Shown here in pieces: positions 46,126 through 57,955 of a stretch of 64,000 nt of DNA. The stretch comes from an uncultured Bacilli bacterium (GTDB lineage: Bacteria; Bacillota_I; Bacilli_A; RF39; UBA660), in the NCBI GenBank assembly GCA_934085585.1, contig CAKOHI010000004.1:16064-80063 (forward strand). The letters are read 5' to 3'. Below the pieces are notes generated by a model that was given only the letters and a program-made list of their open reading frames with translations, searched no databases and had not been told where the DNA came from. Made by a program: the position numbers and the translations under genes. Numbering within the stretch: the first letter of the stretch is position 1; each line of letters starts with the position of its first letter.

Positions 46126-47169
46126 TTGAAAAAAAGATTAATTTGGTTACTAGGATTAGGTTTAACTTTAATAATAGTACCTTTTGTTATAAATGTTTAT
46201 AGTATTTTTAGAATAATTGGTTTGTTACTAGGAATAATTCTTATAACAATAAGTTTTTGTTTAAAGAAAAAAAGAAATATATTTTTAGTTTTATTGGTGC
46301 CAATTTTGTTGTTTGTGGCAAGTTATGGTTTAGATACATTATTATTTTATAAATTAAAGCATGTGCCTGTATTTAGTTATGCAATTAAAAGTAGTAATAA
46401 AATGTTTACATATAATAGTTTTTTTTATAGAGTATTTGATTGTAATAATAAGCTTTATTTAGATTATGGTTATAAGAAGAATTATTTGTGTGAAAATGAT
46501 TTAATAGATGTTTTAGATATTAATAAATTTTTACAAGATCCTAAATACACTTACCATGAATATAAAAATAAATTTGTAAGAGTTCATGGTAAGATTAGTA
46601 AAATAAGTGGAAATGAAAGTATTGAACTAGCTTCATATACGAGTAGTGAAGAATCTTTAAATGGTTATGTTAATTTTAATTTAGATTATACTTTAAATGT
46701 TAAAAGTAATGAAATATTAAGTAGTTATAGAATTTATGATTATATTGATGTAATAGGTAGAGTTGATAGTTATAAAAATAATACAATATATTTAATTGAT
46801 ACTGTTTTAATACCTAGTGATATATATGATAGTTATAGTTTTGAAATTATTAATAATAGCGAAGAAAAATTAACTAATTTAGTAAAAGAAAAAGATTATT
46901 ACTATTATGGAATTAGTTCATTAAATATTAAGTATGATCAAGATAATATTTATGAACTTAATTATCTTTTGACTGATGGAAGAATTGCTTTAAGTGATTT
47001 TTATAAAAATAAAGGATATGAAGTAATAAAAGATAATGAAGAAGTAATGATTGCTAAAAAATATATTTTAGATAAATTTGTGATTGTGGAATGTAGTAAT
47101 GGTAAAAATATTGTTGCTAATAAAAGTTTTAAAATAAGTAGTGATGTATGTGAGTTAAGAATAGATTAA
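46126..47169 (+). CDS. Hypothetical membrane protein with extracytoplasmic domain
   Basis: The TTG at 46126 follows AAGGTGG. It has three N-terminal TM segments, then a ~270-aa domain with no motif I recognise. Confidence 0.5.
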   Translation: MKKRLIWLLGLGLTLIIVPFVINVYSIFRIIGLLLGIILITISFCLKKKRNIFLVLLVPILLFVASYGLDTLLFYKLKHVPVFSYAIKSSNKMFTYNSFFYRVFDCNNKLYLDYGYKKNYLCENDLIDVLDINKFLQDPKYTYHEYKNKFVRVHGKISKISGNESIELASYTSSEESLNGYVNFNLDYTLNVKSNEILSSYRIYDYIDVIGRVDSYKNNTIYLIDTVLIPSDIYDSYSFEIINNSEEKLTNLVKEKDYYYYGISSLNIKYDQDNIYELNYLLTDGRIALSDFYKNKGYEVIKDNEEVMIAKKYILDKFVIVECSNGKNIVANKSFKISSDVCELRID

Positions 47170-47211
47170 AAGTATATTTTAAACTATAAGTGTTGCTGAA
47201 AATTTTATTAG

Positions 47212-47249
47212 AAACTTGTACTTAAATGGTTGACGGAGTACAAGTTTTT
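47212..47249 (+). terminator. Terminator hairpin whose loop carries the -35 of the next promoter
   Basis: AAACTTGTACT (47212-47222) / AGTACAAGTTT (47237-47247), 11 bp perfect, then TT. TTGACG (47230-47235) sits in the loop, with TGTATAAT at 47252-47259. Confidence 0.6.
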
Positions 47250-47290
47250 GTTGTATAATGATTTTATATCGAGAAAAGGGGAAAGTGCCT

Positions 47291-47890
47291 TTGGAACATT
47301 ATTTTACAAACAATGAAAATCTAAAAAGTGAGTTAAGAAAACTAGTATATAAATATGAAGATAAAACTTTAGAATTTTTTAGTGATAATGGAGTTTTTGC
47401 TAAAGATAAAATAGATTATGCTTCGAGGTTATTAGTTGAGACATTTATAAAAGAGAAATATAATGAAAATGGTAATGGAGTTATACTAGATGTTGGTTGT
47501 GGATATGGATTCATGGGTATAACAGTAGGAAAAATATTAAATAGAAAAGTTGAATTAGTAGATATAAATAAAAGAGCGCTTCATTTAAGTGAAAGAAATA
47601 TAAAATTAAATGAAGTTGATGGGAAAGCATACGAAAGTAATGCTTATGATTGTGTAAAAAATAAATATGAATATATAATAACTAATCCACCGATTAGAGC
47701 CGGAAAAGAAACAGTGTTAAATATTTTGAAGGGAGCTAAAGATCATCTTTTAGATAATGGTGAGCTGTGGTTTGTCATAAATAAAGACCAAGGTGCTAAA
47801 TCGACAACAAATGCGTTAAAAGAATGTTATAATATAGAAGTTGTAGCAAAAAGTAAAGGTTTTTTTGTGTTTAAAGCAAAAACTAATTGA
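47291..47890 (+). CDS. Class I SAM-dependent methyltransferase, RsmC/YbxB-like
   Basis: DVGCGYGFMG (motif I) and ITNPPIRAGK (NPPxH/R-type motif). It lies directly upstream of rpoB, like B. subtilis ybxB. The TTG at 47291 (MEHYFT) follows AAGGGG; the track ATG at 47258 lies inside the -10 box. Confidence 0.72.
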   Translation: MEHYFTNNENLKSELRKLVYKYEDKTLEFFSDNGVFAKDKIDYASRLLVETFIKEKYNENGNGVILDVGCGYGFMGITVGKILNRKVELVDINKRALHLSERNIKLNEVDGKAYESNAYDCVKNKYEYIITNPPIRAGKETVLNILKGAKDHLLDNGELWFVINKDQGAKSTTNALKECYNIEVVAKSKGFFVFKAKTN

Positions 47891-47996
47891 CAAATTAACA
47901 TTTTGGCTTTACAATTTTAAATTGGTGGCGTATTTATTTTTTTAAATAAAAGCGAAGAAAAAAATAGTCTTAAAAAATTGTGTATGGGGTGATATC

Positions 47997-50900
47997 GTGG
48001 CTTATAAAGTTAAAAAATTTGGTGACTATCGTGAAAGAAGAAGTTTTTCGAAGACGAAAAACGTTTTAGAGTTGAATGATTTATTAGAAGTTCAAAAGAA
48101 ATCATACCAAGAATTTCTAGAAACAGGTATTAAAGAAATATTTGAAGATTTATTTCCAGTTGAAAGCTTTACTGGTAATATATCACTAGAATTTGGTGAT
48201 TATTATTTTGATGAACCAAGATACTCTATAAAAGAAGCAAAAGAAAGAATGGTAAACTATGCAGCACCATTAAAGGTTGAAGCTCGTCTTTATATTCATG
48301 AAACTGGGGAAGTTAAAGAACAAACAATATTCCTAGGTGATATGCCTTTGATGACTGATGCGGGTACATTTATTATCAATGGGGCAGAACGTGTAATTGT
48401 ATCACAATTAGTTCGTAGTCCGAGTGTATATTTCAAAAAAGAAATTGATAAGAATGGACGTCATATTTTAGGTGGAGAATTAATACCTAATAAAGGAACC
48501 TGGCTAGAATATGAAACAGATGCTAGAGACGTTTTATATGTAAGAATTGATAGAACAAGAAAAGTAACTGTTACAACATTTTTAAGAGCTTTAGGTTTAT
48601 CTAGTGATGAAGACATTTTAAGTATTTTTGGAGATAATGAATATATTAAAAATACTTTAGAAAAAGATTCAACTAATAATACAGATGAAGCTTTAATTGA
48701 AATTTATGAAAAATTAAGACCTGGTGAACCAGCTACGTTAGATTCATCAAAGAACCAATTAATTACAAGATTCTTTGATAGATTCCGTTATGATTTAGCT
48801 AAAGTTGGTCGTTATAAATTTAATAAGAAATTAAATGTATTAGATAGACTTGAAGGTTTAACTTTAGCAGAACCATTAATAGATAGAAAGAAAACACTTG
48901 CTAAATCTGGAGATGTTTTAACTAGAGAATTACTAGAAGAATTAAAACCATATTTTGCAAATGGGTTAAATGTTAAAGATATATTAATAAATGAAGAATT
49001 AGATGATTATAAAACTGTTCAAACAGTAAAAGTAGTTGATCCAACTGATAACAAAAAAACATTTAATGTTATTGGGGTAGATCAAAGTATTGATATTAAA
49101 CGTCTTACGATACCTGATGTTTATGCGTCTTTAAATTATTATATAGGTTTACATAAAGGAATAGGTACTGATGATGAAATCGATAATTTAGGAAATCGTC
49201 GTGTTCGTCAAGTTGGTGAACTTATTCAAAATCAATTTAGAATTGGTATGGCTAGAATGGAAAGAGTTATTCGTGAAAGAATGACTACGCAAGAACTTGA
49301 TACCGTAACACCTAAAACATTAATTAATATTAGACCAGTTACAGCAGCTTTAAAAGAATTCTTTGGATCAAGCCAATTATCAAAATTCATGGATCAAATA
49401 AATCCAATTGCAGAATTAACAGATAAAAGACGTTTATCAAGTCTTGGACCTGGAGGGTTATCACGTGAACGTGCTGGTATGGATGTTCGTGACGTTAATG
49501 CGTCTCACTATGGTCGTATTTGTCCGATTGAATCACCAGAAGGTCAAAATATCGGTCTTATTACATCACTTGCAGGTTATGCTAAAATTAATGATTATGG
49601 ATTTATAATGACTCCATATCACAAAGTTGTAAATGGTGTTGTTACTGATGAAGTATGTTATTTAACTGCTGATGAAGAAAGAGGACATGCTATTAGTCAA
49701 GCTTCAGTAAAACTTGATGAAAATGATAGAATTATAGATGATGAAGTAGTAGCTCGTTATAATGGAGATACACTTTATGTAAAAAGAGAAAAGATTGATT
49801 ATGTCGATGTTGCTCCGAGTCAAGTTGTTGCAATTACTACAAGTTGTATACCATTCCTAGAATTCGACGATGCTCATAGAACCTTAATGGGTGCAAACAT
49901 GCAACGTCAAGCAGTACCACTTCTTACTTGTGAAGCACCAATTGTTGGAACAGGTGTAGAATGTATAGCTGCAAGAGATTCAGGATCAACTATTGTTGCA
50001 AAAGCTGATGGTGTTGTTGAATATGCTGATGGCTTAAAAATTATAGTTAAAACTGCTGGTGGTAAAGATACATATCATTTAGCAAATTATGAAAGAAGTA
50101 ACGCATCAAGTTGTATTAATCATCATCCAATTGTTAAAGCTGGGGATGTAATTAAACGTGGTCAAGTTATTGCTGATGGTCCATCTACAGATATGGGTGA
50201 ACTTGCTTTAGGTAAAAACTTAACTGTTGCCTTCATGACATTTGAAGGGTATAACTATGAAGATGCTGTTATCTTAAATGAAAAATTAGTAAAAGATGAT
50301 GTTTATACATCACTTCATATATCACATTACGATATTGATTGTCGTGATACTAAACTTGGACCAGAAGAAATAACAAGAGATATTCCAAATGTTGGGGAAG
50401 ATGCTCGTAAGAATTTGGATAGCAATGGTATTGTTAGAATCGGTACTGAAGTTAGAGATGGAGATATTTTAGTTGGTAAAGTTACACCAAAAGGTGTTCA
50501 AGAATTAACTAGTGAAGAAAAATTATTACATGCAATCTTTGGTGAAAAGACTCGTGAAGTTAGAGATACATCATTACGTGTAGAACATGGTGCTGGTGGT
50601 ATTGTTCATGATGTTAAAGTTTATACTAAAGAAAACAGTGATGAACTTCCAGCTGGAGTATCAAAAATCATAAGAGTATATATTATTCAAAAACGTAAGA
50701 TTCAAGTCGGAGATAAAATGTCTGGGCGTCATGGTAATAAAGGGGTTATTTCTTTAATATTACCTGAAGAAGATATGCCTTATTTACCAGATGGTAGACC
50801 AGTAGATGTTATGCTTAATCCATTAGGGGTTCCATCTCGTATGAATATCGGACAAATCCTAGAATTACATTTAGGAATGGCTGGTAAAAAATTAGGAGTT

Positions 50901-51623
50901 CATTATGCTACACCAGTATTTGATAGTGCAACTTGGGATGATATTTCTGAAGAAATGAAGGAAGCTGGTATGGCTCTGGATGGAAAAGTTGAATTACGTG
51001 ATGGTAGAACTGGAGAACCATTCGATCATAGAATTAACGTTGGTGTTATGTATATGGTTAAACTACATCACATGGTTGATGATAAACTACATGCAAGAGC
51101 AACTGGACCTTATTCACTTGTTACTCAACAACCTTTAGGTGGTAAAGCACAATTTGGTGGACAACGTTTCGGAGAAATGGAAGTTTGGGCATTATATGCT
51201 TATGGTGCAAGTCATGTTTTACAAGAAATCTTAACTGTTAAAGCAGATGATATTACAGGTCGTGTTAAAGTTTATGAATCACTAGTTAAAGGTAAAACAA
51301 TTGACCAAGCTGGTGTTCCTGAATCATTCAGAGTATTAGTTAAAGAATTCCAAGCATTAGGTTTAGATGTTCAAGTCGTAGATAATGATGATAATGTTGT
51401 AGAATTCAAAGACATTGAAGAAGATGAAGATGATAATGAAGCATTTAGAATTGATGAAATTGATGTTACAACAAATGAACTTAATAATGAAGAAGAAAAT
51501 TTAGAAGAAAATCTTGATGATTTTGATGATGGATTTGAAGATGAAGATGATTTAGATAGTCTTGAGTTTCCATGTGATGCCCTAGAAGAAGAAATCATAG
51601 ATGATGGGGAAGGTGAAGAATAA
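47997..51623 (+). CDS. rpoB: DNA-directed RNA polymerase subunit beta
   Basis: 1208 aa, near-collinear with Bacillus RpoB ([30 protein letters not shown]...). GTG start. Acidic C-terminal tail. Confidence 0.98.
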   Translation: MAYKVKKFGDYRERRSFSKTKNVLELNDLLEVQKKSYQEFLETGIKEIFEDLFPVESFTGNISLEFGDYYFDEPRYSIKEAKERMVNYAAPLKVEARLYIHETGEVKEQTIFLGDMPLMTDAGTFIINGAERVIVSQLVRSPSVYFKKEIDKNGRHILGGELIPNKGTWLEYETDARDVLYVRIDRTRKVTVTTFLRALGLSSDEDILSIFGDNEYIKNTLEKDSTNNTDEALIEIYEKLRPGEPATLDSSKNQLITRFFDRFRYDLAKVGRYKFNKKLNVLDRLEGLTLAEPLIDRKKTLAKSGDVLTRELLEELKPYFANGLNVKDILINEELDDYKTVQTVKVVDPTDNKKTFNVIGVDQSIDIKRLTIPDVYASLNYYIGLHKGIGTDDEIDNLGNRRVRQVGELIQNQFRIGMARMERVIRERMTTQELDTVTPKTLINIRPVTAALKEFFGSSQLSKFMDQINPIAELTDKRRLSSLGPGGLSRERAGMDVRDVNASHYGRICPIESPEGQNIGLITSLAGYAKINDYGFIMTPYHKVVNGVVTDEVCYLTADEERGHAISQASVKLDENDRIIDDEVVARYNGDTLYVKREKIDYVDVAPSQVVAITTSCIPFLEFDDAHRTLMGANMQRQAVPLLTCEAPIVGTGVECIAARDSGSTIVAKADGVVEYADGLKIIVKTAGGKDTYHLANYERSNASSCINHHPIVKAGDVIKRGQVIADGPSTDMGELALGKNLTVAFMTFEGYNYEDAVILNEKLVKDDVYTSLHISHYDIDCRDTKLGPEEITRDIPNVGEDARKNLDSNGIVRIGTEVRDGDILVGKVTPKGVQELTSEEKLLHAIFGEKTREVRDTSLRVEHGAGGIVHDVKVYTKENSDELPAGVSKIIRVYIIQKRKIQVGDKMSGRHGNKGVISLILPEEDMPYLPDGRPVDVMLNPLGVPSRMNIGQILELHLGMAGKKLGVHYATPVFDSATWDDISEEMKEAGMALDGKVELRDGRTGEPFDHRINVGVMYMVKLHHMVDDKLHARATGPYSLVTQQPLGGKAQFGGQRFGEMEVWALYAYGASHVLQEILTVKADDITGRVKVYESLVKGKTIDQAGVPESFRVLVKEFQALGLDVQVVDNDDNVVEFKDIEEDEDDNEAFRIDEIDVTTNELNNEEENLEENLDDFDDGFEDEDDLDSLEFPCDALEEEIIDDGEGEE

Positions 51624-54600
51624 TGATAGATGTTAGTAAATTTAAAGGAATTAAGGTAAGCATTGCTTCACCTGAAAAGATTCGTTCATGGTCTTATGGG
51701 GAAGTAAAAAAACCTGAAACAATTAATTATCGTACCCTTAAACCTGAAAGAGATGGTCTATTTTGTGAAAAAATATTTGGACCAACTAAAGACTTTGAAT
51801 GTTCATGTGGGAAATACAAAAGATTAAGATATAAAAATATTGTATGTGATCGTTGTGGTGTTGAAGTTACTCGTTCAAAGGTAAGAAGAGAAAGAATGGG
51901 GCATATTGAACTTGCTGCCCCTTGTTCTCACATTTGGTTCTTTAAAGGTGTTCCTTCAAAAATGGGACTTGTTCTAGATATGTCTCCGAGAGATTTGGAA
52001 GAAGTACTATATTTTGTAAGTTATGTAGTAATTGATCCAGGTGCAGCACCTTTGGAAGTTAAACAAACTTTATCTGATAAAGAATATCGTACTTATTATG
52101 AAAAATATGGTAATAGTTTTAAAGTAGGTATGGGAGCTGAAGCTATTAAAGAATTATTAAAACAAGTTGATATTGATAAAGAAGTTGAAGATTTAAGAAA
52201 AGAACTTGAAAATACAACTGGACAAAAAAGAATTCGTCTTGTTAAAAGACTTGATTGTTTAGTTGCATTCCAAGAGTCTGGAAATAAACCTGAATGGATG
52301 GTACTTGATGTGTTACCAGTTATTCCACCAGAATTAAGACCTATGATTCAACTTGATGGTGGTAGATTTGCTACTTCAGATTTAAACGACTTATATCGTA
52401 GAATTATTAATAGAAATAATCGTTTGAAGAAATTACTAGAATTAGGGGCTCCAACTATTATTGTTCAAAATGAAAAACGTATGCTTCAAGAAGCTGTTGA
52501 CTCATTATTTGACAATGGTAGAAGAGGAAGAAGTATTACTGCAGCAAGTAATAGACCACTAAAGAGTTTATCTAGTATGTTAAAAGGTAAACAAGGACGT
52601 TTCCGTCAAAACTTATTAGGTAAGAGAGTTGACTATTCTGGTCGTTCTGTTATCGTTGTTGGACCAAATCTTAAAATGCACCAATGTGGTTTACCTAAAG
52701 AAATGGCTATTGAATTATTTAAACCACATGTAATTAATGGCATTGTAGAAAGAGGTCTTGCTCACAATATTAAAGGAGCTAAAAAATTAATAGAATCTCG
52801 TGATGAATCAATCTGGGATATTGTTGAAGATGTAATTACTGAACATCCAGTATTACTAAATAGAGCCCCAACACTACATAGACTTGGTATTCAAGCATTT
52901 GAACCAGTACTTGTTGGTGGTAAAGCTATTAGACTACATCCACTAGTTTGTGCAGGATTTAATGCAGACTTCGATGGTGACCAAATGGCTATTCATATTC
53001 CACTTTCTGAAGAAGCAAAAGCGGAAGCTAGAATATTAATGTTAAGTGCTAATAATATCTTAAATCCAAAAGATGGAAAACCAATCGTTACGCCAAGCCA
53101 AGATATGGTACTTGGTAACTGTTATTTAACTATTGAATATGCTGGTGAGGCTAATGAAGGTCATGTATATAAAGATCCTAATGAAGCTTTAATGGCTTAT
53201 GAAAGAAAAGAAATAACTCTACATACAAGAATCGCTATTCCTGTAAATTCATTTAAATATAAATTATTTACTGATGAACAAAGAGATAAATATTTAGTTA
53301 CAACTGTAGGTAAATTAAAGTTTAATGAAATATTACCTGATACATTCCCATATGTAGAAGAAGGTACTAAAGATAATATTGAAGGAATTACACCTGATAA
53401 GTATTTCTTACCAATGGGGGCTAATATTCCTGAAGAAATAGCTAAAATGGAATTAGTTACTCCATTTGTTCAAAAGACTTTAGGTCAATTAATTGCACAA
53501 GTATTTAAAAGATATAAAACTACTGAAACATCTATAATGCTTGATAAATTGAAAAACTTAGGTTTCAAATATTCAACTATCGCTGGTATTACAGTATCTT
53601 TTGCAGACGTTGTAAGAAGTGAACATAAGGGTGAAATAATTGAAGCTGCTAAAGCAAAGGTAGATAAAATTAATAAACAATATCAAAGAGGTTTAATTAC
53701 TGATCAAGAAAGATATCAAAGTGTTATTGAAGTTTGGACTAAAGCAACTGATGATGTTAAGAATGAACTTAAAGCAATAAGTGAAAATGACTTTGATAAT
53801 CCATTATTCATGATGATGAACAGTGGTGCTCGTGGTAAGATTTCAAACTTTACCCAACTTGCTGGTATGCGTGGGTTAATGGCAAAACCAGATGGTTCAA
53901 CTGTAGAAATTCCAATTACATCATCATTTATTGAAGGTCTATCTGTGTCTGAATTCTTCTTATCAACACACGGTTCTCGTAAAGGGGATGCTGATACCGC
54001 ATTAAGAACTGCAGACTCTGGATACTTAACAAGAAGACTAGTTGATGTTGCCCAAGATATAATTGTTAAAGAATATGATTGTGGTACACATCAAGGGCTA
54101 GTAGTTTATGACTTACTTAATGAAAAAGATAATTCAATTATTGAACCACTTGCTGAACGTATTTTAGGTAGATTTGCATCTAAAAGAATTGTTAATCCAG
54201 AAACAAAAGAAGTTATTGTGGAAGCTGGTGAAATGATTAATGAAAATGCAGTTATTAAAATTACTAAAGCTGGTATTAAAAAGGTTGAAATTAGAAGTGT
54301 TCTAACATGTAAATCAAATAATGGGGTATGTCAAAAATGTTATGGACGTAACCTTGCAACTGGTAACTTGGTTGAAAAAGGTGAAGCTGTTGGTATTATG
54401 GCTGCTCAATCAATCGGTGAACCAGGTACACAGTTGACCATGCGTACATTCCATACCGGTGGTGTTGCATCAGGTGATGATATCACTCAAGGGCTACCAA
54501 GAGTTGAAGAATTATTTGAAGCACGTATTCCAAAAGGAAAAGCTACGATTGCTGAAGTTACTGGTAAAATTATTGGTATTGAAGAAAACAATGGTAAACA

Positions 54601-55357
54601 TACAATTACTATTGAAAATGAAGCTGGATGCCATGAACACATTACAAATTACAATATGAAACTTCGTGTAGCTATCGGAGATGAAGTTGAGGCTGGAGAT
54701 AAATTAACGGAAGGTGTTATTTCACCAAAAGAATTGCTTGCTGTAACTGATCCACTTACTGCACAAGAATACATATTGAAAGAAGTTCAAAAAGTTTATA
54801 AATTACAAGGCGTTGATATTTCAGATAAACACATTGAAATTATTTGTAAACGTATGATAAATAAGGTAAGAATTACCGATGCTGGAGATTCAGATTTTGT
54901 TGAAGGTTTGGCCGTATCATTAAGAGACTTTACTGAAGGTAATAAGCCAGTTATTATGGCTGGAAAGACACCTGCTAAAGGTAATCCAATTATGCTTGGT
55001 ATTACTAAATCATCTTTGGAAACAGATTCATTCTTATCAGCTGCATCATTCCAAGAAACAACTAGAGTGTTAACTGATGCTGCTATTCATGGTAAAGTTG
55101 ATAGACTTCAAGGTCTAAAAGAAAACGTTATTATTGGTAAACTAATACCTGCAGGTACTGGTTATAGTCAATATAATAATATTGATATAGAACTTGAAAA
55201 AGCTTTACTTAATGATGATGCACAAGAAGTTTTGGAAGAAAAATTAATGGATAATGATGATATAATATCTGATACTCAAAATATTATTGATGAAGCTGAT
55301 GATTTTGATGAAGAAATAGATACTGAAGAAGAAATTAATGAAGAAGATGCTGAATAG
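51623..55357 (+). CDS. rpoC: DNA-directed RNA polymerase subunit beta'
   Basis: 1244 aa. Zinc-binding CSCGKYK..CDRCG and catalytic NADFDGDQM. The start overlaps the rpoB stop (TAATG). Confidence 0.98.
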   Translation: MIDVSKFKGIKVSIASPEKIRSWSYGEVKKPETINYRTLKPERDGLFCEKIFGPTKDFECSCGKYKRLRYKNIVCDRCGVEVTRSKVRRERMGHIELAAPCSHIWFFKGVPSKMGLVLDMSPRDLEEVLYFVSYVVIDPGAAPLEVKQTLSDKEYRTYYEKYGNSFKVGMGAEAIKELLKQVDIDKEVEDLRKELENTTGQKRIRLVKRLDCLVAFQESGNKPEWMVLDVLPVIPPELRPMIQLDGGRFATSDLNDLYRRIINRNNRLKKLLELGAPTIIVQNEKRMLQEAVDSLFDNGRRGRSITAASNRPLKSLSSMLKGKQGRFRQNLLGKRVDYSGRSVIVVGPNLKMHQCGLPKEMAIELFKPHVINGIVERGLAHNIKGAKKLIESRDESIWDIVEDVITEHPVLLNRAPTLHRLGIQAFEPVLVGGKAIRLHPLVCAGFNADFDGDQMAIHIPLSEEAKAEARILMLSANNILNPKDGKPIVTPSQDMVLGNCYLTIEYAGEANEGHVYKDPNEALMAYERKEITLHTRIAIPVNSFKYKLFTDEQRDKYLVTTVGKLKFNEILPDTFPYVEEGTKDNIEGITPDKYFLPMGANIPEEIAKMELVTPFVQKTLGQLIAQVFKRYKTTETSIMLDKLKNLGFKYSTIAGITVSFADVVRSEHKGEIIEAAKAKVDKINKQYQRGLITDQERYQSVIEVWTKATDDVKNELKAISENDFDNPLFMMMNSGARGKISNFTQLAGMRGLMAKPDGSTVEIPITSSFIEGLSVSEFFLSTHGSRKGDADTALRTADSGYLTRRLVDVAQDIIVKEYDCGTHQGLVVYDLLNEKDNSIIEPLAERILGRFASKRIVNPETKEVIVEAGEMINENAVIKITKAGIKKVEIRSVLTCKSNNGVCQKCYGRNLATGNLVEKGEAVGIMAAQSIGEPGTQLTMRTFHTGGVASGDDITQGLPRVEELFEARIPKGKATIAEVTGKIIGIEENNGKHTITIENEAGCHEHITNYNMKLRVAIGDEVEAGDKLTEGVISPKELLAVTDPLTAQEYILKEVQKVYKLQGVDISDKHIEIICKRMINKVRITDAGDSDFVEGLAVSLRDFTEGNKPVIMAGKTPAKGNPIMLGITKSSLETDSFLSAASFQETTRVLTDAAIHGKVDRLQGLKENVIIGKLIPAGTGYSQYNNIDIELEKALLNDDAQEVLEEKLMDNDDIISDTQNIIDEADDFDEEIDTEEEINEEDAE

Positions 55358-55369
55358 GCATCTTTTTTC
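55344..55369 (+). terminator. Intrinsic terminator of rpoBC
   Basis: AAGATGC (55344-55350) / GCATCTT (55358-55364) followed by a T-run. It overlaps the rpoC stop codon. Confidence 0.7.
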
Positions 55370-55703
55370 TATTTTTTACTGAATAATTAATAGAATTTCT
55401 GTAACTATATCATTTTATTTTTCTAGATACAGTTGAAATATTTCTATTTAATAATTTTGCCATTTCTTTAAAATTACTTATACAAGGTAAGATGTATATA
55501 GCTTATATTTATTACTCCTTAATGTTTGACTAGATACTAACATAATATATGTACTTTTTTATTGAAATTTCAAGTATTGCACTTGTTATTATAAATTATC
55601 AAATAAAAAAACAACCAAATCTGGTTGATTTATATTATAAAATATTATCGTAGCAACAATATGAGTCATTTACAAAAAAATTAGAAACAAATAATTATGT
55701 TAA

Positions 55704-56741
55704 TTAGAAACTTCTTCCATATTGCTGTAAATTATTTTGTTGCATATTTTGTTGTAAATTATAGTAATAACCTACTGCATAACGATAATTATCATTAAAT
55801 TTAAAGATAACTTGTTCCAAATGCTTTTTTAAAACAGGATCATTCTCCATTTGATATCTATTATTTAAATATTTGGCTAAAACTTTTAAATATTCTTGAA
55901 CATTATAACAATCTACTTTCCTACCATTTTCTTTAAAATCAGTTAGTATTCTTTTAGATATATTTTCTAAAGTCACCCAATCTCCTTCTGTAGTATACTT
56001 TATAAATTTATCTTTTATTCTAAGCGGATCATATAAAATCCCATATAATAAATCGTTATAATAAACAGTTTCATTATCAGTTTGATATTTTGCCTCGAAT
56101 GTATTTTGTGATAATCTATTATAATCACAGTCATAATTTGTAAATGCCTTTATAATGCACACTCCTAAAGGAAATAATTCACTATAACCATTTCCTATAC
56201 CATAATTATTTTTTATACTTTCAATTCCGTTTCCGTTAATTACTTGGTCCTTGACATTTTCATAATATGAACAATAAGCTGACATATCGGTTACAATCTC
56301 ATTAAATAATACTGATGCTTGTGAGTCATTTTGATCAGTTCTTGGATTTGACAAGTTTCGTTCATTTATTTTTCCCCCTACATTTAAAATCATTTTTTTA
56401 AAATTTGTATTTAGTCTTATTGTTTTGTTATTTAAAAGATTAGCAAATGCATGAAAAAATTCATGTCTCATATCTATTCTGTAATGATGGATATTAGTAG
56501 TATTTTTTAAGGGTGGTAAGATTACAACGACTTTTTTTACATATAACTTAAATTCACCATTATCCTCTTTAAAATCTATTTTAGGTACTGTAGCTGCTGT
56601 ATGTGAAATATCAAGTCCTTCATTAGTAAATTGAACTTCTACCATGCTTTTAAAAATTTCAATTAACTGTTTAACTTGCTGCTCATCTTTACTTATTAAT
56701 TTAGCAACATCATATATAGCATTGTTTATTTCATTTTCCAT
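55704..56741 (-). CDS. Hypothetical protein with HExxH motif (putative metallopeptidase, unassigned family)
   Basis: ~345 aa. The only recognisable motif is IDMRHEFFHAFANLL (HEFFH). The tail is Q/N-rich (YYYNLQQNMQQNNLQQYGRSF). Flanked by long non-coding AT-rich DNA. Confidence 0.5.
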   Translation of the reverse strand: MENEINNAIYDVAKLISKDEQQVKQLIEIFKSMVEVQFTNEGLDISHTAATVPKIDFKEDNGEFKLYVKKVVVILPPLKNTTNIHHYRIDMRHEFFHAFANLLNNKTIRLNTNFKKMILNVGGKINERNLSNPRTDQNDSQASVLFNEIVTDMSAYCSYYENVKDQVINGNGIESIKNNYGIGNGYSELFPLGVCIIKAFTNYDCDYNRLSQNTFEAKYQTDNETVYYNDLLYGILYDPLRIKDKFIKYTTEGDWVTLENISKRILTDFKENGRKVDCYNVQEYLKVLAKYLNNRYQMENDPVLKKHLEQVIFKFNDNYRYAVGYYYNLQQNMQQNNLQQYGRSF

Positions 56742-57315
56742 GTTTACCACCATTTAGTTTTTAAGCATTGGCTCATAAATAACTTCTACCTTTCTATAGA
56801 AAGTATATAATACCCCCCTTCCTGGTGTCAAGTTAATTCCCGCAGAAATATTCTATAATGTAAAACTTATGTACTGGTAAAAACAAAAAAGAAACTATGT
56901 GAAAGAATATGAAGTTATTACTAAACTTTCTACTACCTAATGATTAGAAATAGGTATCCTTTATAAATGGTAAAAAAAATCATAAAACTATTTCAAAGAA
57001 AATTAAATAAAAATTTGAAATATATCATAAAAATTATCTTTTTCCTAGATATATCTGGTTAAATGCTCAAATCAAATTAATTGTCACTGATATGGCATTA
57101 TCATGCACTTAATTTATTTAACAATAGAATCGCTTGTAAATGATATTATAAGAATGTACAAAAAATGTAATATAAAAATGCACAATATTGTACATTCTTT
57201 TTGTTATACTTTTATAGATTTAGGGGGTATAATATGAAATAAATAAATTAAAGCAAGAGGTATTGTAATGAAAACAACTATTTAAAGTGGTGATATTTTA
57301 GAAGAAAAAGCATTT

Positions 57316-57543
57316 ATGCTTTCTAAAATATTTGCTAATAAGCTACCATTATTTGATTTTATTAATTCTTTTTTTGATTATATAAATTATGGTTATCAGA
57401 TGATTGATAGAAAAGTTAATGTATTAAAATTAAATAATGATAATTGGGTTATTAATTATGATGATAAAGATAGTGTTTGTTTAAATATATGTGGTATTTA
57501 TCAAATCATAATTAATGATATTACTTTTGAAAAAGTAGTTTAA
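57316..57543 (+). CDS. Hypothetical 75-aa ORF (weak)
   Basis: ORF only. No convincing RBS and no motif. It lies in the decayed accessory patch and is followed by the hairpin TAGGTCGA/TCGGCCTA (57545-57565). Confidence 0.2.
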   Translation: MLSKIFANKLPLFDFINSFFDYINYGYQMIDRKVNVLKLNNDNWVINYDDKDSVCLNICGIYQIIINDITFEKVV

Positions 57544-57589
57544 GTAGGTCGATGATGTCGGCCTAAATTAAATTGAAGGGACGAAAATT

Positions 57590-57925
57590 ATGAATTATTA
57601 TAATGAAATAAAAACAGAAATAATAAATAATGAAATAACTAAAAAAATTAAGGATTATTTAAAAATAAAAGTGATTTAACAACATATTATAATGTAGGTA
57701 AACTACTTAGTGAAGCTGGTAAGCATTATGGTGAAGGTATATAGAAGAATATTCAAAAAAATTAAGTAAAGAATTAAATAAAAAATATGAAACAAGAACT
57801 TTATTTAGAATGTGTCAATTTTATTTGTTTGTAAATGACCAAAAAGTGTTACCATTGGTGTCACAATTGATAATGAGTTATTATTTACAATTATTGCCAT
57901 TAAAAGATAAAGATAAAATATTAAA
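57590..57925 (+). pseudogene. Relic of a DUF1016/YhcG-like (PD-(D/E)XK nuclease) gene: N-terminal fragment with frameshifts
   Basis: Three consecutive frames read MNYYNEIKTEIINNEITKKIKDY.. / ..KNKSDLTTYYNVGKLLSEAGKHYGEGI* / EYSKKLSKELNKKYETRTLFRMCQFYLFVNDQKVLPLVSQL.MSYYLQLLPLKDKDK. Together they resemble the first ~115 aa of DUF1016 proteins. There are at least two frame breaks, and the nuclease core is missing. Confidence 0.55.
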
Positions 57926-57955
57926 TAAAAAACTTGAGTTTATTTTACCCAAGTT

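Noticed and set aside
51380-55357. Acidic D/E-rich C-terminal extensions of RpoB and RpoC as an unusual feature.
   Set aside because: As far as I recall, Bacillus-type RpoB also ends in an acidic tail. The tails are low-complexity and of modest length, so there is not enough here to call them anomalous without an alignment.
55410-55463. IS30-like transposase (mobile element) call from the fragment MAKLLNRNISTVSRKIK.
   Set aside because: It is only 17 codons, with no DDE domain and no inverted repeats. It is mentioned only as possible debris within the decayed patch and is not annotated as a mobile element.
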